From: an uncultured Bacilli bacterium
Lineage (GTDB): Bacteria; Bacillota_I; Bacilli_A; RF39; UBA660
Length of the DNA stretch: 64,000 bases
Direction of reading: 5' to 3'
NCBI GenBank assembly: GCA_947632325.1
Contig: CANROU010000005.1
Location: 2,135-66,134, forward strand
A program made the translations under genes and the position numbers. The notes beneath the pieces are model-generated. The model worked only from the letters and a program-made list of their open reading frames with translations, made no database searches and was not told the DNA's origin. Below are positions 1 to 11,100 of this stretch, piece by piece. Each line of letters opens with the position of its first letter. Positions within the stretch are counted from its first letter, which is position 1.

Positions 1-654
1 AATTAACTGCTCCATTTTATAAAAATCAATATCTCCTAAAACAAAAATATCTATCATATCTTTTTTGAGCATATCTTTATAATGTTCATATAAATTCTCT
101 GGTGTAATTTTTTCCAAATCCTCAATATAACCATAACTACGATAAGCAAATGGAGCATTAGGATCCATATTTTCTAATAGACGAATAATACTATACTGTG
201 AATAATTTTCCTTCATACTTTCAATAGATAGATGACTTTGATCTTTTACTATTTGGAAAATACTTTCATTAAAATGATTATTCTCTACATGAGGATTAAA
301 AAGTATTTCTTTTAAGAAATTGATACCTTTTTCATAAATACCTTTTTCACTATATTTTTCATTCAATATATTCATACTAAAGCGGGTATTCATATAATTA
401 CCAAAACGATAATTACTAGCATTAATGGAAGTTGAATATAATTCTTGAGAGTGAATCGCTAATTGCTGTTTAGTTGGATACTTTTGACATGATGTTAATA
501 ACATCGTTGTTAAAATATTACGAATTGTTACTTCTTCTTTTTTTATAGGACGACGAAATATAATTTGAAAAGTCACAGTCCTAAAGGATGATGTTTTAAT
601 CATATGTAGGTTATAAGAACCAAAATCTTTTTTTTGATATTCCACTTGCTCCAC
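1..654 (-). CDS. M16-family (insulinase-like, YmfF/YmfH-type) peptidase, N-terminal part; gene continues past the window start
   Basis: Manual translation of the minus strand from GTG at 654 (AAGGAG about 8 nt upstream) gives an uninterrupted ORF to position 1: EQVEYQKKDFGSYNLHMIKTSSF... This resembles M16 peptidase N-termini. Position next to ftsK/spoIIIE mirrors B. subtilis spoIIIE-ymf. The start codon is uncertain. Confidence 0.4.
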   Translation of the reverse strand, partial: MEQVEYQKKDFGSYNLHMIKTSSFRTVTFQIIFRRPIKKEEVTIRNILTTMLLTSCQKYPTKQQLAIHSQELYSTSINASNYRFGNYMNTRFSMNILNEKYSEKGIYEKGINFLKEILFNPHVENNHFNESIFQIVKDQSHLSIESMKENYSQYSIIRLLENMDPNAPFAYRSYGYIEDLEKITPENLYEHYKDMLKKDMIDIFVLGDIDFYKMEQLI

Positions 655-722
655 CTCACTACTCCTTATTATATGTGGTTTTTTAGTTTTTATTAGATAT
701 TGTTCTAAGCATTATTGACTTT

Positions 723-2966
723 TTATTCATCATCATTTTTTTCAAGTTTTACTAACACTTCTCTAGGTTTTGATCCATTAGCTGGTCCTACAATGCCACG
801 TTCTTCAAGCAAATCAATAATTCGGGCAGCTCTATTATATCCTAATTTAAATCTTCTTTGTAATAAAGAAGCACTAGCTTTACCGGAAGTAATTACAAAT
901 TCTACAATATCATTATATAATGGATCATCATATTCTTCTTGTTGCCTACTATCTTCTTGTTGACTTGCACTTTTATCTTTAGTACTATCTGTAAGATTCA
1001 TCAATGATTCATCAAATTCTGCTTTTTGTTGCGAAACAGTATAATCAATAATTCTTTTAATTTCATCATCATCAATATAAGCGCCTTGAACTCTTTGAGG
1101 ACTAGATTCACCCATTGGTAATAACAACATATCACCCTTACCTAATAACTTTTCAGCTCCTGACATATCCAATATAGTTCTAGAATCAATACTACTACTA
1201 ACAGCAAAAGAAATACGAGATGGAATATTAGCTTTAACTACTCCTGTGATGACATCAGTTGATGGCCGTTGGGTAGCAATAATCAAATGAATACCAGCGG
1301 CTCTGGCCATTTGCGTTATACGCATAATAGCATCCTCTACTTCCTTACTAGCTACTAACATTAAATCAGCTAATTCATCAACAATAACCACAATATAAGG
1401 CATATGTTTTAACTGATCTTGTTGCGCTAAAGATTTATTCTTTTTATCAATATATTCGTTATAAGTAGCTATATTTTTAGTTTTTGTATCACTGAAAACA
1501 TCATAACGACGTTCCATTTCGGATACAATTCGCTGCAATGCTACAGCGGCTTTTTTAGGATCTGTTACTACAGGACAAAGTAAATGAGGAATACCATTAT
1601 AGCCACTTAATTCTACCTTTTTAGGATCAACCATAACTAGTTTCACTTCATCTGGTTTAGCACGCATTAAAATAGAACAAATAATACCATTTATACAAAC
1701 TGATTTACCACTACCAGTTGCTCCTGCTACTAAAAGATGCGGTGTTTTATCAATTTCACACCAAACAACATTACCCATTATATTTTTCCCAAGAGCCGCT
1801 AATAATTTACTATTTTCTTTATTCTTAGGAATTTTTTCTAACACTTCTTTGAAACTTACCATCGTCGTTTGATCATTTGCCAGTTCAATTCCCACGGTAT
1901 TTTTACCAGGGATTGGTGCCTCAATACGTACATCTTTCTTAGCTAAAGCCAAAGATATCTCCCGATGAATACTAAGTAATTTGTTAACTTTAGTACCTGA
2001 TTGAAGTTCTAATTCATATTGCGTAACAGTAGGTCCAATATGTACTTCGACAACCTTTCCAATTACGCCAAAATCTTTTAAGACGTTTTCTAATGTTATA
2101 ATATTTTTCTCTATAGCCGAAGCATCAGTTCCTTTGTTATTTTTTTTAGGCGCCTTCAAAATAGATAGTGGCGGTAATTGATAAGGACCTTTTTGAACTT
2201 CATCAACTATATTATCTATTGTTTCTTTATCATTAATTTTCGTTAATTCATCAATACTTGATACTACAATATGTTTACTATCATCAGACACTTCACCAGT
2301 GGCTGCTTCATCCTCATTACCACTGATGATAACATCTTTACCTTTAGTATCTTTGCTACTGTGACTTGGTATCATACTTTTACCTTTTTGCCAAGTTGAT
2401 CTTACTACATCTACTACACTAAATCCAGTAAAGATAATAAAGCCAACTCCTACTAGTGTCCAAGAAACAATTTGTAATCCTTGATAAGAAAATAACTTAT
2501 CAAACAAAATAGCAAAACTACCACCAATGATTCCACCACCAGTAATATCAGGACGAACCCCTTGCATAACATTATGAAAAGATAAAACTAAATTATCAAT
2601 AGTTTCTTTAAATATAACAAGAGACTGTCCTTGATTTGCTTTGATATATTCTTGATGAGTCAAAACTAAAAAACCCAACAATAAAACATAAAGTCCAATT
2701 AATTTACTACTAAAAAATTTCGGCCATTCCCTTTTTATAACCAAATAGCCACCTATTATTAATAATATCAATAAAAATAAAACATACCATGTACCAATTA
2801 AAAAAATACCAAAAGAAGCAATCAATTTACCAGCGGGGCCATATTTACCAATGCCTAAAATAGCACACAAAATGAATAATATTCCATATAATTCCGCACT
2901 ATGTTCAAAAGAACTCTTCTTTTCTTCTCTTCTTTTTTTCTTTTTTGCCATAATTGCGCACCTCAC
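723..2966 (-). CDS. ftsK: DNA translocase FtsK/SpoIIIE
   Basis: 747 aa with N-terminal TM helices, Walker A GATGSGKS, FtsK alpha/beta domain and a C-terminal gamma winged helix (LLQRRFKLGYNRAARIID). Confidence 0.92.
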   Translation of the reverse strand: MRCAIMAKKKKRREEKKSSFEHSAELYGILFILCAILGIGKYGPAGKLIASFGIFLIGTWYVLFLLILLIIGGYLVIKREWPKFFSSKLIGLYVLLLGFLVLTHQEYIKANQGQSLVIFKETIDNLVLSFHNVMQGVRPDITGGGIIGGSFAILFDKLFSYQGLQIVSWTLVGVGFIIFTGFSVVDVVRSTWQKGKSMIPSHSSKDTKGKDVIISGNEDEAATGEVSDDSKHIVVSSIDELTKINDKETIDNIVDEVQKGPYQLPPLSILKAPKKNNKGTDASAIEKNIITLENVLKDFGVIGKVVEVHIGPTVTQYELELQSGTKVNKLLSIHREISLALAKKDVRIEAPIPGKNTVGIELANDQTTMVSFKEVLEKIPKNKENSKLLAALGKNIMGNVVWCEIDKTPHLLVAGATGSGKSVCINGIICSILMRAKPDEVKLVMVDPKKVELSGYNGIPHLLCPVVTDPKKAAVALQRIVSEMERRYDVFSDTKTKNIATYNEYIDKKNKSLAQQDQLKHMPYIVVIVDELADLMLVASKEVEDAIMRITQMARAAGIHLIIATQRPSTDVITGVVKANIPSRISFAVSSSIDSRTILDMSGAEKLLGKGDMLLLPMGESSPQRVQGAYIDDDEIKRIIDYTVSQQKAEFDESLMNLTDSTKDKSASQQEDSRQQEEYDDPLYNDIVEFVITSGKASASLLQRRFKLGYNRAARIIDLLEERGIVGPANGSKPREVLVKLEKNDDE

Positions 2967-2977
2967 TATAAAAATTA

Positions 2978-3010
2978 TATCATGAAACTTTAATAAAAAA
3001 ATTTTTTTTC
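2978..3010 (-). promoter_or_regulatory. ftsK promoter with extended -10 TGATATAAT, plus RBS GTGAGGTG
   Basis: Minus strand reads tcaTGATATAATttttatagtgaggtgcgcaattATG. Confidence 0.45.
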
Positions 3011-3028
3011 TAAAAAAAATTAAAAATA

Positions 3029-3057
3029 TGACAAAAAAAAACTACTTATGTAGTTTA
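3029..3057 (-). terminator. rho-independent terminator of the 3055-3684 gene
   Basis: Stem ACUAC/GUAGU overlapping the stop codon, followed by a U9 run. Confidence 0.6.
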
Positions 3058-3684
3058 TTTTTTGAAATATGTGTATACTTTAGGCTTATCTATTTGATTT
3101 TGGCTATCATTATAGACTTGTTGTACATAGTTATCAATATGCTCACAATTAGCTTTAGTTTCACTTCGTAAATCAACTGGTTCATTAGTAACATTAGCAT
3201 TTGTTTGTTGCTTATTTTGTTTGATAGATACTAATTCATTACAATAGTTATGTTTTAAGTGATATAATTCCTCCTGGGTATTATATAAAGCTTCTTTTCT
3301 TTTAGCAACCTTTTTCAAGGCCGCATTACAACCAATAAAATACATAGCTGATAATACTGTACCAACTACCCCACCACATATTAAAGACGTAGCTAGAGTG
3401 CTAGCAGTCGCAAATCCTATCACCGGAGAAATTAAAGTACATAAAGGAATCATTAAAAAAGCCAATTTTTTAGTTGTAGTAAACATTTTGCTATCCGCAT
3501 GACAATGTTTGATTTTTTCTTTTACATCATCCAAATTATTATCAACACATTCTATCATATTCTCTACTACTAAAGTTCTTTTCATCTCATCTTGATTCAA
3601 ATTAGAGTATCTAGTAAATACTATTCCCGTTTGATCTGTAACTTCTACCTCATTTTCACCAATATATTTAAATTCTGTATTCAT
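3055..3684 (-). CDS. hypothetical membrane protein (2 central TM helices, coiled-coil C-terminus)
   Basis: 209-aa ORF with its own promoter (TGATATAAT at 3710-3718), RBS GGAGG and terminator. No recognisable family. Confidence 0.5.
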   Translation of the reverse strand: MNTEFKYIGENEVEVTDQTGIVFTRYSNLNQDEMKRTLVVENMIECVDNNLDDVKEKIKHCHADSKMFTTTKKLAFLMIPLCTLISPVIGFATASTLATSLICGGVVGTVLSAMYFIGCNAALKKVAKRKEALYNTQEELYHLKHNYCNELVSIKQNKQQTNANVTNEPVDLRSETKANCEHIDNYVQQVYNDSQNQIDKPKVYTYFKK

Positions 3685-3771
3685 ATTATGACCTCCAAAT
3701 ATGACTGGTATTATATCATAATTTCTCCCTTTTGTAAAGACAAAATAAAAAAAGGATTATAAATCCCTGTC

Positions 3772-4425
3772 TTATTTACATGTTCTGCTAGCTATTTCAA
3801 TAAAAGTTTGCCATAATTTTGCTTGCTTATCATCATAAGAAATCATACTCTCCGGATGCCATTGAACACCTATTTGAAAAGGATGATTAGGATTTTCTAT
3901 AGCTTCAACTAAACCATCATCACTCTTAGCTACCACTTTAAACAATCCCCCACTATTAACATATTCTAAATGTCTACTATTAACTTTTATGTGGTCATTG
4001 TTACCTAATATCATAGATAGATGACTATCTTGTTCAATATCTATATAATGAGAATAATCACTATTATCTTGCAAATGCGAATTGTTTCCAATCAGTTTTA
4101 ATTGCTCCTTACTTTTATAAGTTGCCATTACTTGCATACCAAGGCATATGCCTAAAATCGGCAAATCATGTTTTAAGGCGTACTCTAAAACATAATAATC
4201 ATAATCTGTAGGATGATATCCTCCTGTAATTACAATAGCATCACATTGCTTTAACCAATAACTTAAACGTTTTTTTTCATCATCATTAAAAACAGAACCC
4301 TTACATATGATAAGAGGATTACCCTTATATTTTATAACAGCATCAATATATTCTTGATGTAATTTTAAATTAGCAAATCTTTCCTCTTCATTAATCCTAC
4401 TAACGATACCAATAACTGGTAACAT
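3772..4425 (-). CDS. class I glutamine amidotransferase-like / peptidase C26 (gamma-glutamyl hydrolase, PuuD-like)
   Basis: Nucleophile elbow GICLGMQ and the WHPE histidine motif. RBS TAGGAGAAA overlaps the ddl stop, indicating operon coupling. Confidence 0.7.
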   Translation of the reverse strand: MLPVIGIVSRINEEERFANLKLHQEYIDAVIKYKGNPLIICKGSVFNDDEKKRLSYWLKQCDAIVITGGYHPTDYDYYVLEYALKHDLPILGICLGMQVMATYKSKEQLKLIGNNSHLQDNSDYSHYIDIEQDSHLSMILGNNDHIKVNSRHLEYVNSGGLFKVVAKSDDGLVEAIENPNHPFQIGVQWHPESMISYDDKQAKLWQTFIEIASRTCK

Positions 4426-4435
4426 AACATTTCTC

Positions 4436-5650
4436 CTATCTTTTTAAACCTTTGATTCCTTTAACACCTTTACTACCAGCGTTAAATCCCTCTAAAATAT
4501 TAGTCTCAAACGAATGCACTTTATTTAGCCGTTTTTTATAATCTTTTACGGCTATGTTAATCATATCATCCAATAATTCTGTATATTTTTTACCCGTTGG
4601 TTCCCATAGATAAAAAGCTAAACTACCTGGTATAGAGTTAATTTCATTGATATAAGGTTTATTAGTCTTTTGATCAATTAGGAAATCAATACGACATACT
4701 CCACTAGAGCCAATGACCCTAAAGGCTTTAATAGCAATATCCTCAATTTCCTCTTTCAACTTTTCATCAATACCAGCGGGAATAATACGACTAGCTGATA
4801 ACATACCTTTAGATGCCTTAGAATTATTAAATTTACCCGTTTTTTTGCTACCACCAATGTATTTCTCTTCGTAAGTTAAAAAATCTTTACTAGAGACAAC
4901 CTCTTCTATTTCACTGACACTTTGTACCTCATAATTACCTAAAACACTAATATTTACCTCTTTTAAATTAGACACAATCTCCTCAACTACAATACGATGA
5001 TCATAACGAATAGCGTCAGTTATACCCTCTTGTAATTCTTCATCATCATGAGCCGTATGAATACCAACACTACTACCTAAAGTAGCTGGTTTAATAATAA
5101 CGGGAAATTTTAATTTATGGATTTGCTCTAATACCTTACTACTATCTTGTTTGTAATCAATATCATAAAACCAAGTATATTTAGTAATCGGTAATTTTTC
5201 ACTAGTAAATATTTGTTTCATATAAATTTTATCTTGCCCTGTTACTGAAGCATAGACATTACTACCTACATAAGGAATACCAATTGATTGTAAGTACCCT
5301 TGTAATATACCATCTTCTACATTAGTACCATGTACTATAGGAAAAGCAATATCAATTTCCTGAACAACTCTTTTAATAAAGCCTTTATTTTGTAAAACAA
5401 ACCGTCCCTTTTTATAGTACAATACTACGTTTTTAGCGTATTTTTTAATTAAGGTCATATCCTGATATGTTTCAATATCTCGTAACATTGCCCCTGTATA
5501 CCATTCATTATTTTTAGTAATATAAATAGGTATAATCTCATACTTTTCCTGATCCATTTTATTCATGGCCTGAATAGCCGAAATAATACTAACCTCATGT
5601 TCTACACTTTCTCCCCCAAAAATAACACCTACTCTAATTTTCATAAACAC
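4436..5650 (-). CDS. ddl: D-alanine--D-alanine ligase
   Basis: N-terminal KIRVGVIFGGESVEHEVS, HGTNVEDGILQGYLQSIGIPYVGS and C-terminal EINSIPG...YLWE motifs. It is 404 aa because of an insertion of about 17 aa (YIGGSKKTGKFNNSKASKGMLSASR). Confidence 0.85.
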   Translation of the reverse strand: MFMKIRVGVIFGGESVEHEVSIISAIQAMNKMDQEKYEIIPIYITKNNEWYTGAMLRDIETYQDMTLIKKYAKNVVLYYKKGRFVLQNKGFIKRVVQEIDIAFPIVHGTNVEDGILQGYLQSIGIPYVGSNVYASVTGQDKIYMKQIFTSEKLPITKYTWFYDIDYKQDSSKVLEQIHKLKFPVIIKPATLGSSVGIHTAHDDEELQEGITDAIRYDHRIVVEEIVSNLKEVNISVLGNYEVQSVSEIEEVVSSKDFLTYEEKYIGGSKKTGKFNNSKASKGMLSASRIIPAGIDEKLKEEIEDIAIKAFRVIGSSGVCRIDFLIDQKTNKPYINEINSIPGSLAFYLWEPTGKKYTELLDDMINIAVKDYKKRLNKVHSFETNILEGFNAGSKGVKGIKGLKR

Positions 5651-5655
5651 ACTCC

Positions 5656-7266
5656 CTATTCATTATAAGTATCTGGTAAATCATTTTCAAACAATGCATA
5701 AACACCATTTTTATGTTCCAATGCTTGAATAAATTTATAACTTTCTTTAACATCATTATAAATAATGATTTTATCTTTATTATAATTTTGTTTTTCTAAC
5801 CCTTTATAAATAGCTTTAGTTTGCTTTTTGCCAATTAATACTACAAAATCAGCTACCTTAGCTATTTGTTCACCAAAAGATTCATTATATTCATCCTCTT
5901 GATCACCTAATTCAATCATCCCTGGCGTAACTACAACTTTTAAACCAGGCATCATTTCCAATACATCCAAAGCATTTTTAGCTCCTACGGGATTAGAATT
6001 ATAAGCATCATCTATTTGATAAAAATTACCTAATTTTTTTAACTGTAAACGATGTTCCACAGGTTGAACCATCTTGACTGCCTGTTGTAATTGTTTAATA
6101 GAAATCCCAAACTCATATCCTAAAGCCAAAGCTGCCAAAATATTATAAACATTATGTTTTCCTAATAATTTCGTTTCAAAAGGATATTCTTTATTATCAC
6201 CTTTAAACTTAACCATAAAATTAGTTCCCTGATAACCGCAAGTAATATTAGAAGCTAAAACATCAACATCCTTATTTTCAATACCAATTAATAATATTTT
6301 ACAATTATTTTTTAATTGATAAGACATCTGCTTTTTATCATCACCATTTAATACTCCCACACCATCACTTGGTAACGATTCAATAAGTTCAAATTTCCCT
6401 TGAACGATATTTTCTTCACTACCAAATGTTTCTAAATGAGCTGTACCAATTGTTGTTAAAATACCATATTGTGGATGTACTAATTCACAAAGTCCTCTAA
6501 TCTCACCCTTAACATATGCTCCCATTTCCGCAATAAATATTTCATCAAATTTATCTAAATGATTATTAACAGTTATCATTAAGCCATAATAAGTATTTAA
6601 ATTTTTAGGAGTAGGTCTAGCAATATATTTAATATTTAAAATATCACTCAATATATTCTTACAACTTGTTTTACCATAACTACCAGTTATCCCAATGATT
6701 TTTAAACGATCCATACTTTTAAGTTTATTTTTAGCTTTAGTTTCATAATAATGATATACCATTCGTTCCACAGGATAATTAATTAAATTTGCTAAAAAGA
6801 TGATTATGTAATTAAAATTAATCATGATTGTCAATACAAGTATACTTAATAATACTGTCTGCTTATTATCCCAATTAAATAATAGTATTAATATCGGTAA
6901 CAAATGCAAGATAGTAATTGTTACTATTAATCGTTTAATACGAGCTGTAATAACCAACGGCTTTTTTTCTTGGGCTTTTTTATGTTCATAATGTAAAAAG
7001 AATATTCTAAATAAATAGATAAATATGATTAGTAGTATAATTACTAAAGATAATATATGACGCTTATAAGTAAATAAGCTCATAATTAAAACCAACACGA
7101 TAGCAATTATTTCCACACTAAATAATTGTTTTTTATTTTTCCAAATCCATCGTCCATAACGATTATTTTCGTTATACAGATTTTGTTGTAACATATGTAA
7201 CCCTTTTTTAGATTTCACTATTAATAAAAGAAATAACGTTATTAACAACAAAATATAAATAAACAT
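5656..7266 (-). CDS. murF: MurF-like Mur ligase (central and C-terminal domains) fused to an N-terminal polytopic membrane domain of about 185 aa
   Basis: GITGSYGKTS P-loop at residue ~195, DDAYNSNPVGAKNALDVL, and a MurF-like C-domain. Residues 1-185 form about 5 hydrophobic helices and there is no canonical MurF N-domain. A strong RBS AAGGAGGA lies 8 nt before the ATG at 7266. Confidence 0.7.
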   Translation of the reverse strand: MFIYILLLITLFLLLIVKSKKGLHMLQQNLYNENNRYGRWIWKNKKQLFSVEIIAIVLVLIMSLFTYKRHILSLVIILLIIFIYLFRIFFLHYEHKKAQEKKPLVITARIKRLIVTITILHLLPILILLFNWDNKQTVLLSILVLTIMINFNYIIIFLANLINYPVERMVYHYYETKAKNKLKSMDRLKIIGITGSYGKTSCKNILSDILNIKYIARPTPKNLNTYYGLMITVNNHLDKFDEIFIAEMGAYVKGEIRGLCELVHPQYGILTTIGTAHLETFGSEENIVQGKFELIESLPSDGVGVLNGDDKKQMSYQLKNNCKILLIGIENKDVDVLASNITCGYQGTNFMVKFKGDNKEYPFETKLLGKHNVYNILAALALGYEFGISIKQLQQAVKMVQPVEHRLQLKKLGNFYQIDDAYNSNPVGAKNALDVLEMMPGLKVVVTPGMIELGDQEDEYNESFGEQIAKVADFVVLIGKKQTKAIYKGLEKQNYNKDKIIIYNDVKESYKFIQALEHKNGVYALFENDLPDTYNE

Positions 7267-7269
7267 AAC

Positions 7270-8001
7270 CTAATCCTCCTTTAAGAACGCTAATAAAATT
7301 TTATATACTTGTGGTAAATTATCTAAATAAGCATAATGTCCTAATCCTGCTAACACAACTAATCCTGCATCAGGTATTATTTTTTCTAATTCCCGAGCTT
7401 CATCAACGGGAGCTTCTGTATCCAATTCTCCCCATATCAATAAAGTAGGAACCATAATATTTTTAGCACAATCAGTTAAATCTTGATTTATTACATTAAC
7501 TAAAGTTTGTCGCATAATTGGTGAAGCTGCTTTATAATCACGAGAACCAATGTAATTCTTGGCCACCTCTGCTAAATTATTTAAAAAAGGAATCTTTTTT
7601 AACGCTTTTAATGTTTTTTCTTTAGTCGTCAATTCCCTATTACGCATACAAGGGCTACCAAACAAACATAATTTATGTACTTTGTAATTAGCACTATATG
7701 CAATAGCAACTCTTCCTCCAAATGAATGTCCCATTAAAATAGGCTTTTTTACTTTTAATTCTTTTAAGAAAAGATTCAAACAATCTACATAATCATCAAT
7801 ACTCCAAGGTTCAACTGGCTCCTTGCTTTCACCAAAACCAGGTAAGTCTAAAATAGTAATTTTATATTTATCTTGGAACAAATCCCCTAAGGGACGCATC
7901 ATGGCTATATTTTGTCCCCAACCATGTAATAATACAATATCTTGGGTGCCATTACCATATTGTATGTAATTAATGTCAATATCTTTAACATTCTTTCTCA
8001 T
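7270..8001 (-). CDS. alpha/beta-fold hydrolase
   Basis: HGWGQN oxyanion region and GHSFGG nucleophile elbow. It is the first gene of the operon with murF-ddl-C26. Confidence 0.7.
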   Translation of the reverse strand: MRKNVKDIDINYIQYGNGTQDIVLLHGWGQNIAMMRPLGDLFQDKYKITILDLPGFGESKEPVEPWSIDDYVDCLNLFLKELKVKKPILMGHSFGGRVAIAYSANYKVHKLCLFGSPCMRNRELTTKEKTLKALKKIPFLNNLAEVAKNYIGSRDYKAASPIMRQTLVNVINQDLTDCAKNIMVPTLLIWGELDTEAPVDEARELEKIIPDAGLVVLAGLGHYAYLDNLPQVYKILLAFLKED

Positions 8002-8018
8002 GTTCTCACTCCAAATTA

Positions 8019-8047
8019 ATTATAGCAACATTTTAATTGTTTGACAA
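8019..8047 (-). promoter_or_regulatory. sigma-A promoter TTGTCA-N17-TATAAT for the hydrolase-murF-ddl operon
   Basis: Minus strand reads TTGTCAaacaattaaaatgttgcTATAAT, followed by RBS GGAGTGAG. Confidence 0.5.
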
Positions 8048-8071
8048 TTTATTCACCCTAATGGTTGTAAA

Positions 8072-8104
8072 AACATGTAAAAAAGAAACATTGCTGTTTC
8101 TTTA
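8072..8104 (-). terminator. polC rho-independent terminator
   Basis: Stem AGAAAC(AGCAAU)GUUUCU overlapping the stop codon, then U6. Confidence 0.6.
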
Positions 8105-11100
8105 AAATAAGGATAATTGATTAGATTCCGGAAGTCCTTGCAAAATACCCATTAGATCCATTCGATCAATCAATGTTTTAGACACATGACCCCTAATTTG
8201 TAAGTCCTCAACACTCAAAAAAGATTGTTTTTTCCTTTCTTCCACAATAGTCTTAGCTACACTTCCCCCAAGACCATCTAAAGTTCTAAAAGGTGGAATA
8301 AGGGTATTATCATCAGCTACTACAAAGTTCATAGCTTCACTTAAATTAATATCGATATTAGAAAATTTAATACCTCTAGCCGTTGCTTCCAAAGCTACAG
8401 CTAAAGATTCCATAATCGCTTCTTCTTTATTAGTTCTCTCAAATCCTTTTGTTTGTAATTCCTCCATTTTAACCTTAATAGCGTCATAGCCTTTAATCAT
8501 CGTCTCAATATCAAAATCAGTAGTACGAACAGAAAAATAAGCACAATAATAATAAAGCGGTTTATATACTTTGAACCAAGCAATACGTAAAGCACTCATA
8601 ACATAAGCACAAGCGTGAGCTTTTGGGAACATATATTTTATTTTACGACAAGATTCAATATACCAATTTGGAATATTAGCCTTTCGTAAAATAGCATCAT
8701 ATTCCTTCCAACCATCAGGATCTTTGCTAGGTTTACCTTTACGTACAAATTCCATAATTTTAAAAGCCGTTTTTGGTTCAATACCCCAATTCATCAAATT
8801 TACCATAATATCATCACGACAACCAATAACATCTTTAAAAGGGACAACTTTATTCTTGATTAATTCACTAGCGTTACCTGCCCATACGTCAGTACCATGT
8901 GATAATCCTGAGATTTTAACTAATTCACTAAAAGTCTTTGGTTTAGTATCTACTAACATTTGAATAACAAAACGTGTACCTAATTCAGGTAAACCCAATG
9001 TTCCCGTGGGACACATAATAGTATCAGCATCAACATTCAAAGCTTTTGGACTAGATAACAAACTCATTACTTTTTTATCATCAAATGGCAAAGTGGTAAC
9101 ATCAATTCCTGATAAATCTTGCAGCATCCTTAATACAGTAGGATCATCATGTCCCAAGATATCAAGTTTCAATACATCTTGATCGATAGCGTGATAATCA
9201 AAGTGCGTAGTCCGCCAAAGAGAAGTAGCGTCATCAGCTGGATATTGGAAAGGCGTAAAATCAAAGACATCCATATATCCCGGTATAACGACAATACCAC
9301 CGGGATGTTGGCCAGTTGTTCGTTTAACTCCTGTACATCCTAAAGCCAAACGCTCAATTTCAGCATTACGCATATTGGTTATTCCCTGTTCCTCTAAATA
9401 ACCTTTAACAAAACCAAACGCTGTTTTTTCAGCTACTGTACCAATTGTTCCAGCACGATACACATTATCAATTCCAAATAATTCTTTGGTATATTCATGA
9501 GCTTTCCACTGATAATCACCAGAAAAGTTCAAATCAATATCAGGAACTTTATCAGCATTAAAACCAAGGAAAGTGGCAAATGGCATATCTTGACCCTCTT
9601 TTGACATTGGAGTATGACATTTAGGACATACTTTATCAGGTAAATCATAACCACTAGAATAACTACTACCATATGTTTTATGATTTTCATCTTCAAATAT
9701 ACTATATTTACATTTAGGACATAAATAATGAGCTGGTAGAGGATTAACTTCGGTTATACCCATTAGAGTAGCTACAAAACTAGATCCTACTGAACCCCTA
9801 CTTCCTACTAAATAGCCATCAGCATTACTTTTCTTAACCAGCTTATGAGCAATTAAATAAATAACATCAAAACCACCTGCTAAAATACCGGTTAATTCGT
9901 TATTAATTCTCTGTTCAATAATAGGCGGTAATTCATCACCATATAAACTTCTAGCTTTATCATAGACCATTTCTTTAACAATTTCTTCAGAATTTTCAAT
10001 ACGTGGTGAAAAAGGTATACCACCGGTATCAATAATTACTTCAATCTCTTCTATCATATCAGCAATCTTATTAGTATTAGTAACCACTATTTCATATGCT
10101 AAATCCTCACCTAAAAAAGCAAAATCAGCTAACATTTCATCAGTTGTTCGAAAATGATTATTAGGTATATCATTAAGATATTTAGCTAACGGATGTCTTC
10201 CTCCCCCAGGTACTTTTTGATTAATAATAATTTCACGATATATTTTATCTTCCTTAGTTAAATGATGCACATCACCAGTGGCTACTACCATTTTACCAGC
10301 GGCTTTAGCAACCCTAATAATTTTCTTTAAATGTTCCCGTATTTCATCCTCACTTTTAAAATCATTAGAAGATAACAAATGACGATAACAATCAACAGGC
10401 TGCACTTCTACATAATCATAGAAATTAATAATATTGGTTAATTCTTCATCACTTTTACTAGCTGCTTCCTTAAAAACTTCACTTTCATAGCAACCACTAC
10501 CTACTAATATACCTTCTTTAAAGCGTGAAATCTCACTACGTAAAATACGAGGCGTTTTATATAGATATTTAGTATTAGCTAAACTAATCAACCGAAATAA
10601 ATTTTTTAAGCCTGTTTTATTGATCGCTAAAAGATTAACATGATGACTCCGTCCATATTTATAAATTTCATCTTTAGCTACTAATTTATCTAAATCACTA
10701 ATTCTATCAATATTATTAGCTTCTAATTTCTTTAACATCTTATAAAAAACTAAAGCTGTTGCTTCAGCATCATAATTACCACGATGATGTGATTCTTCAT
10801 CAAAAGGAACATTATAACGCTTTACTAAAGCTGATAAACTATGCCTAGAATAATTAGTATCTAAAGTCCTTGATAACTCTAAAGTATCAATCAAAGTATT
10901 ACTAAACTGTCCTAAATTATATTTTTTATAGGCCATCTCCAAAAAAGAAGCATCAAATTTAGCATTATGTGCCACCATTGGTAAATTCCCAAACCATTTA
11001 ACAAAGCGTTTAATAGCTTCCTCTTCACTATCTTTATCCTTTAACATCTCATCAGTAATACCTGTAATTTGAGTAATATGCGCAGGTAATGGATGATTAG

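Noticed and set aside
715-963. 82-aa plus-strand ORF
   Set aside because: It lies entirely antisense within the well-supported ftsK gene, has low-complexity S/L-rich translation and no RBS.
8724-9343. Two short plus-strand ORFs (8724-8963, 9149-9343)
   Set aside because: They are antisense inside polC and are chance ORFs.
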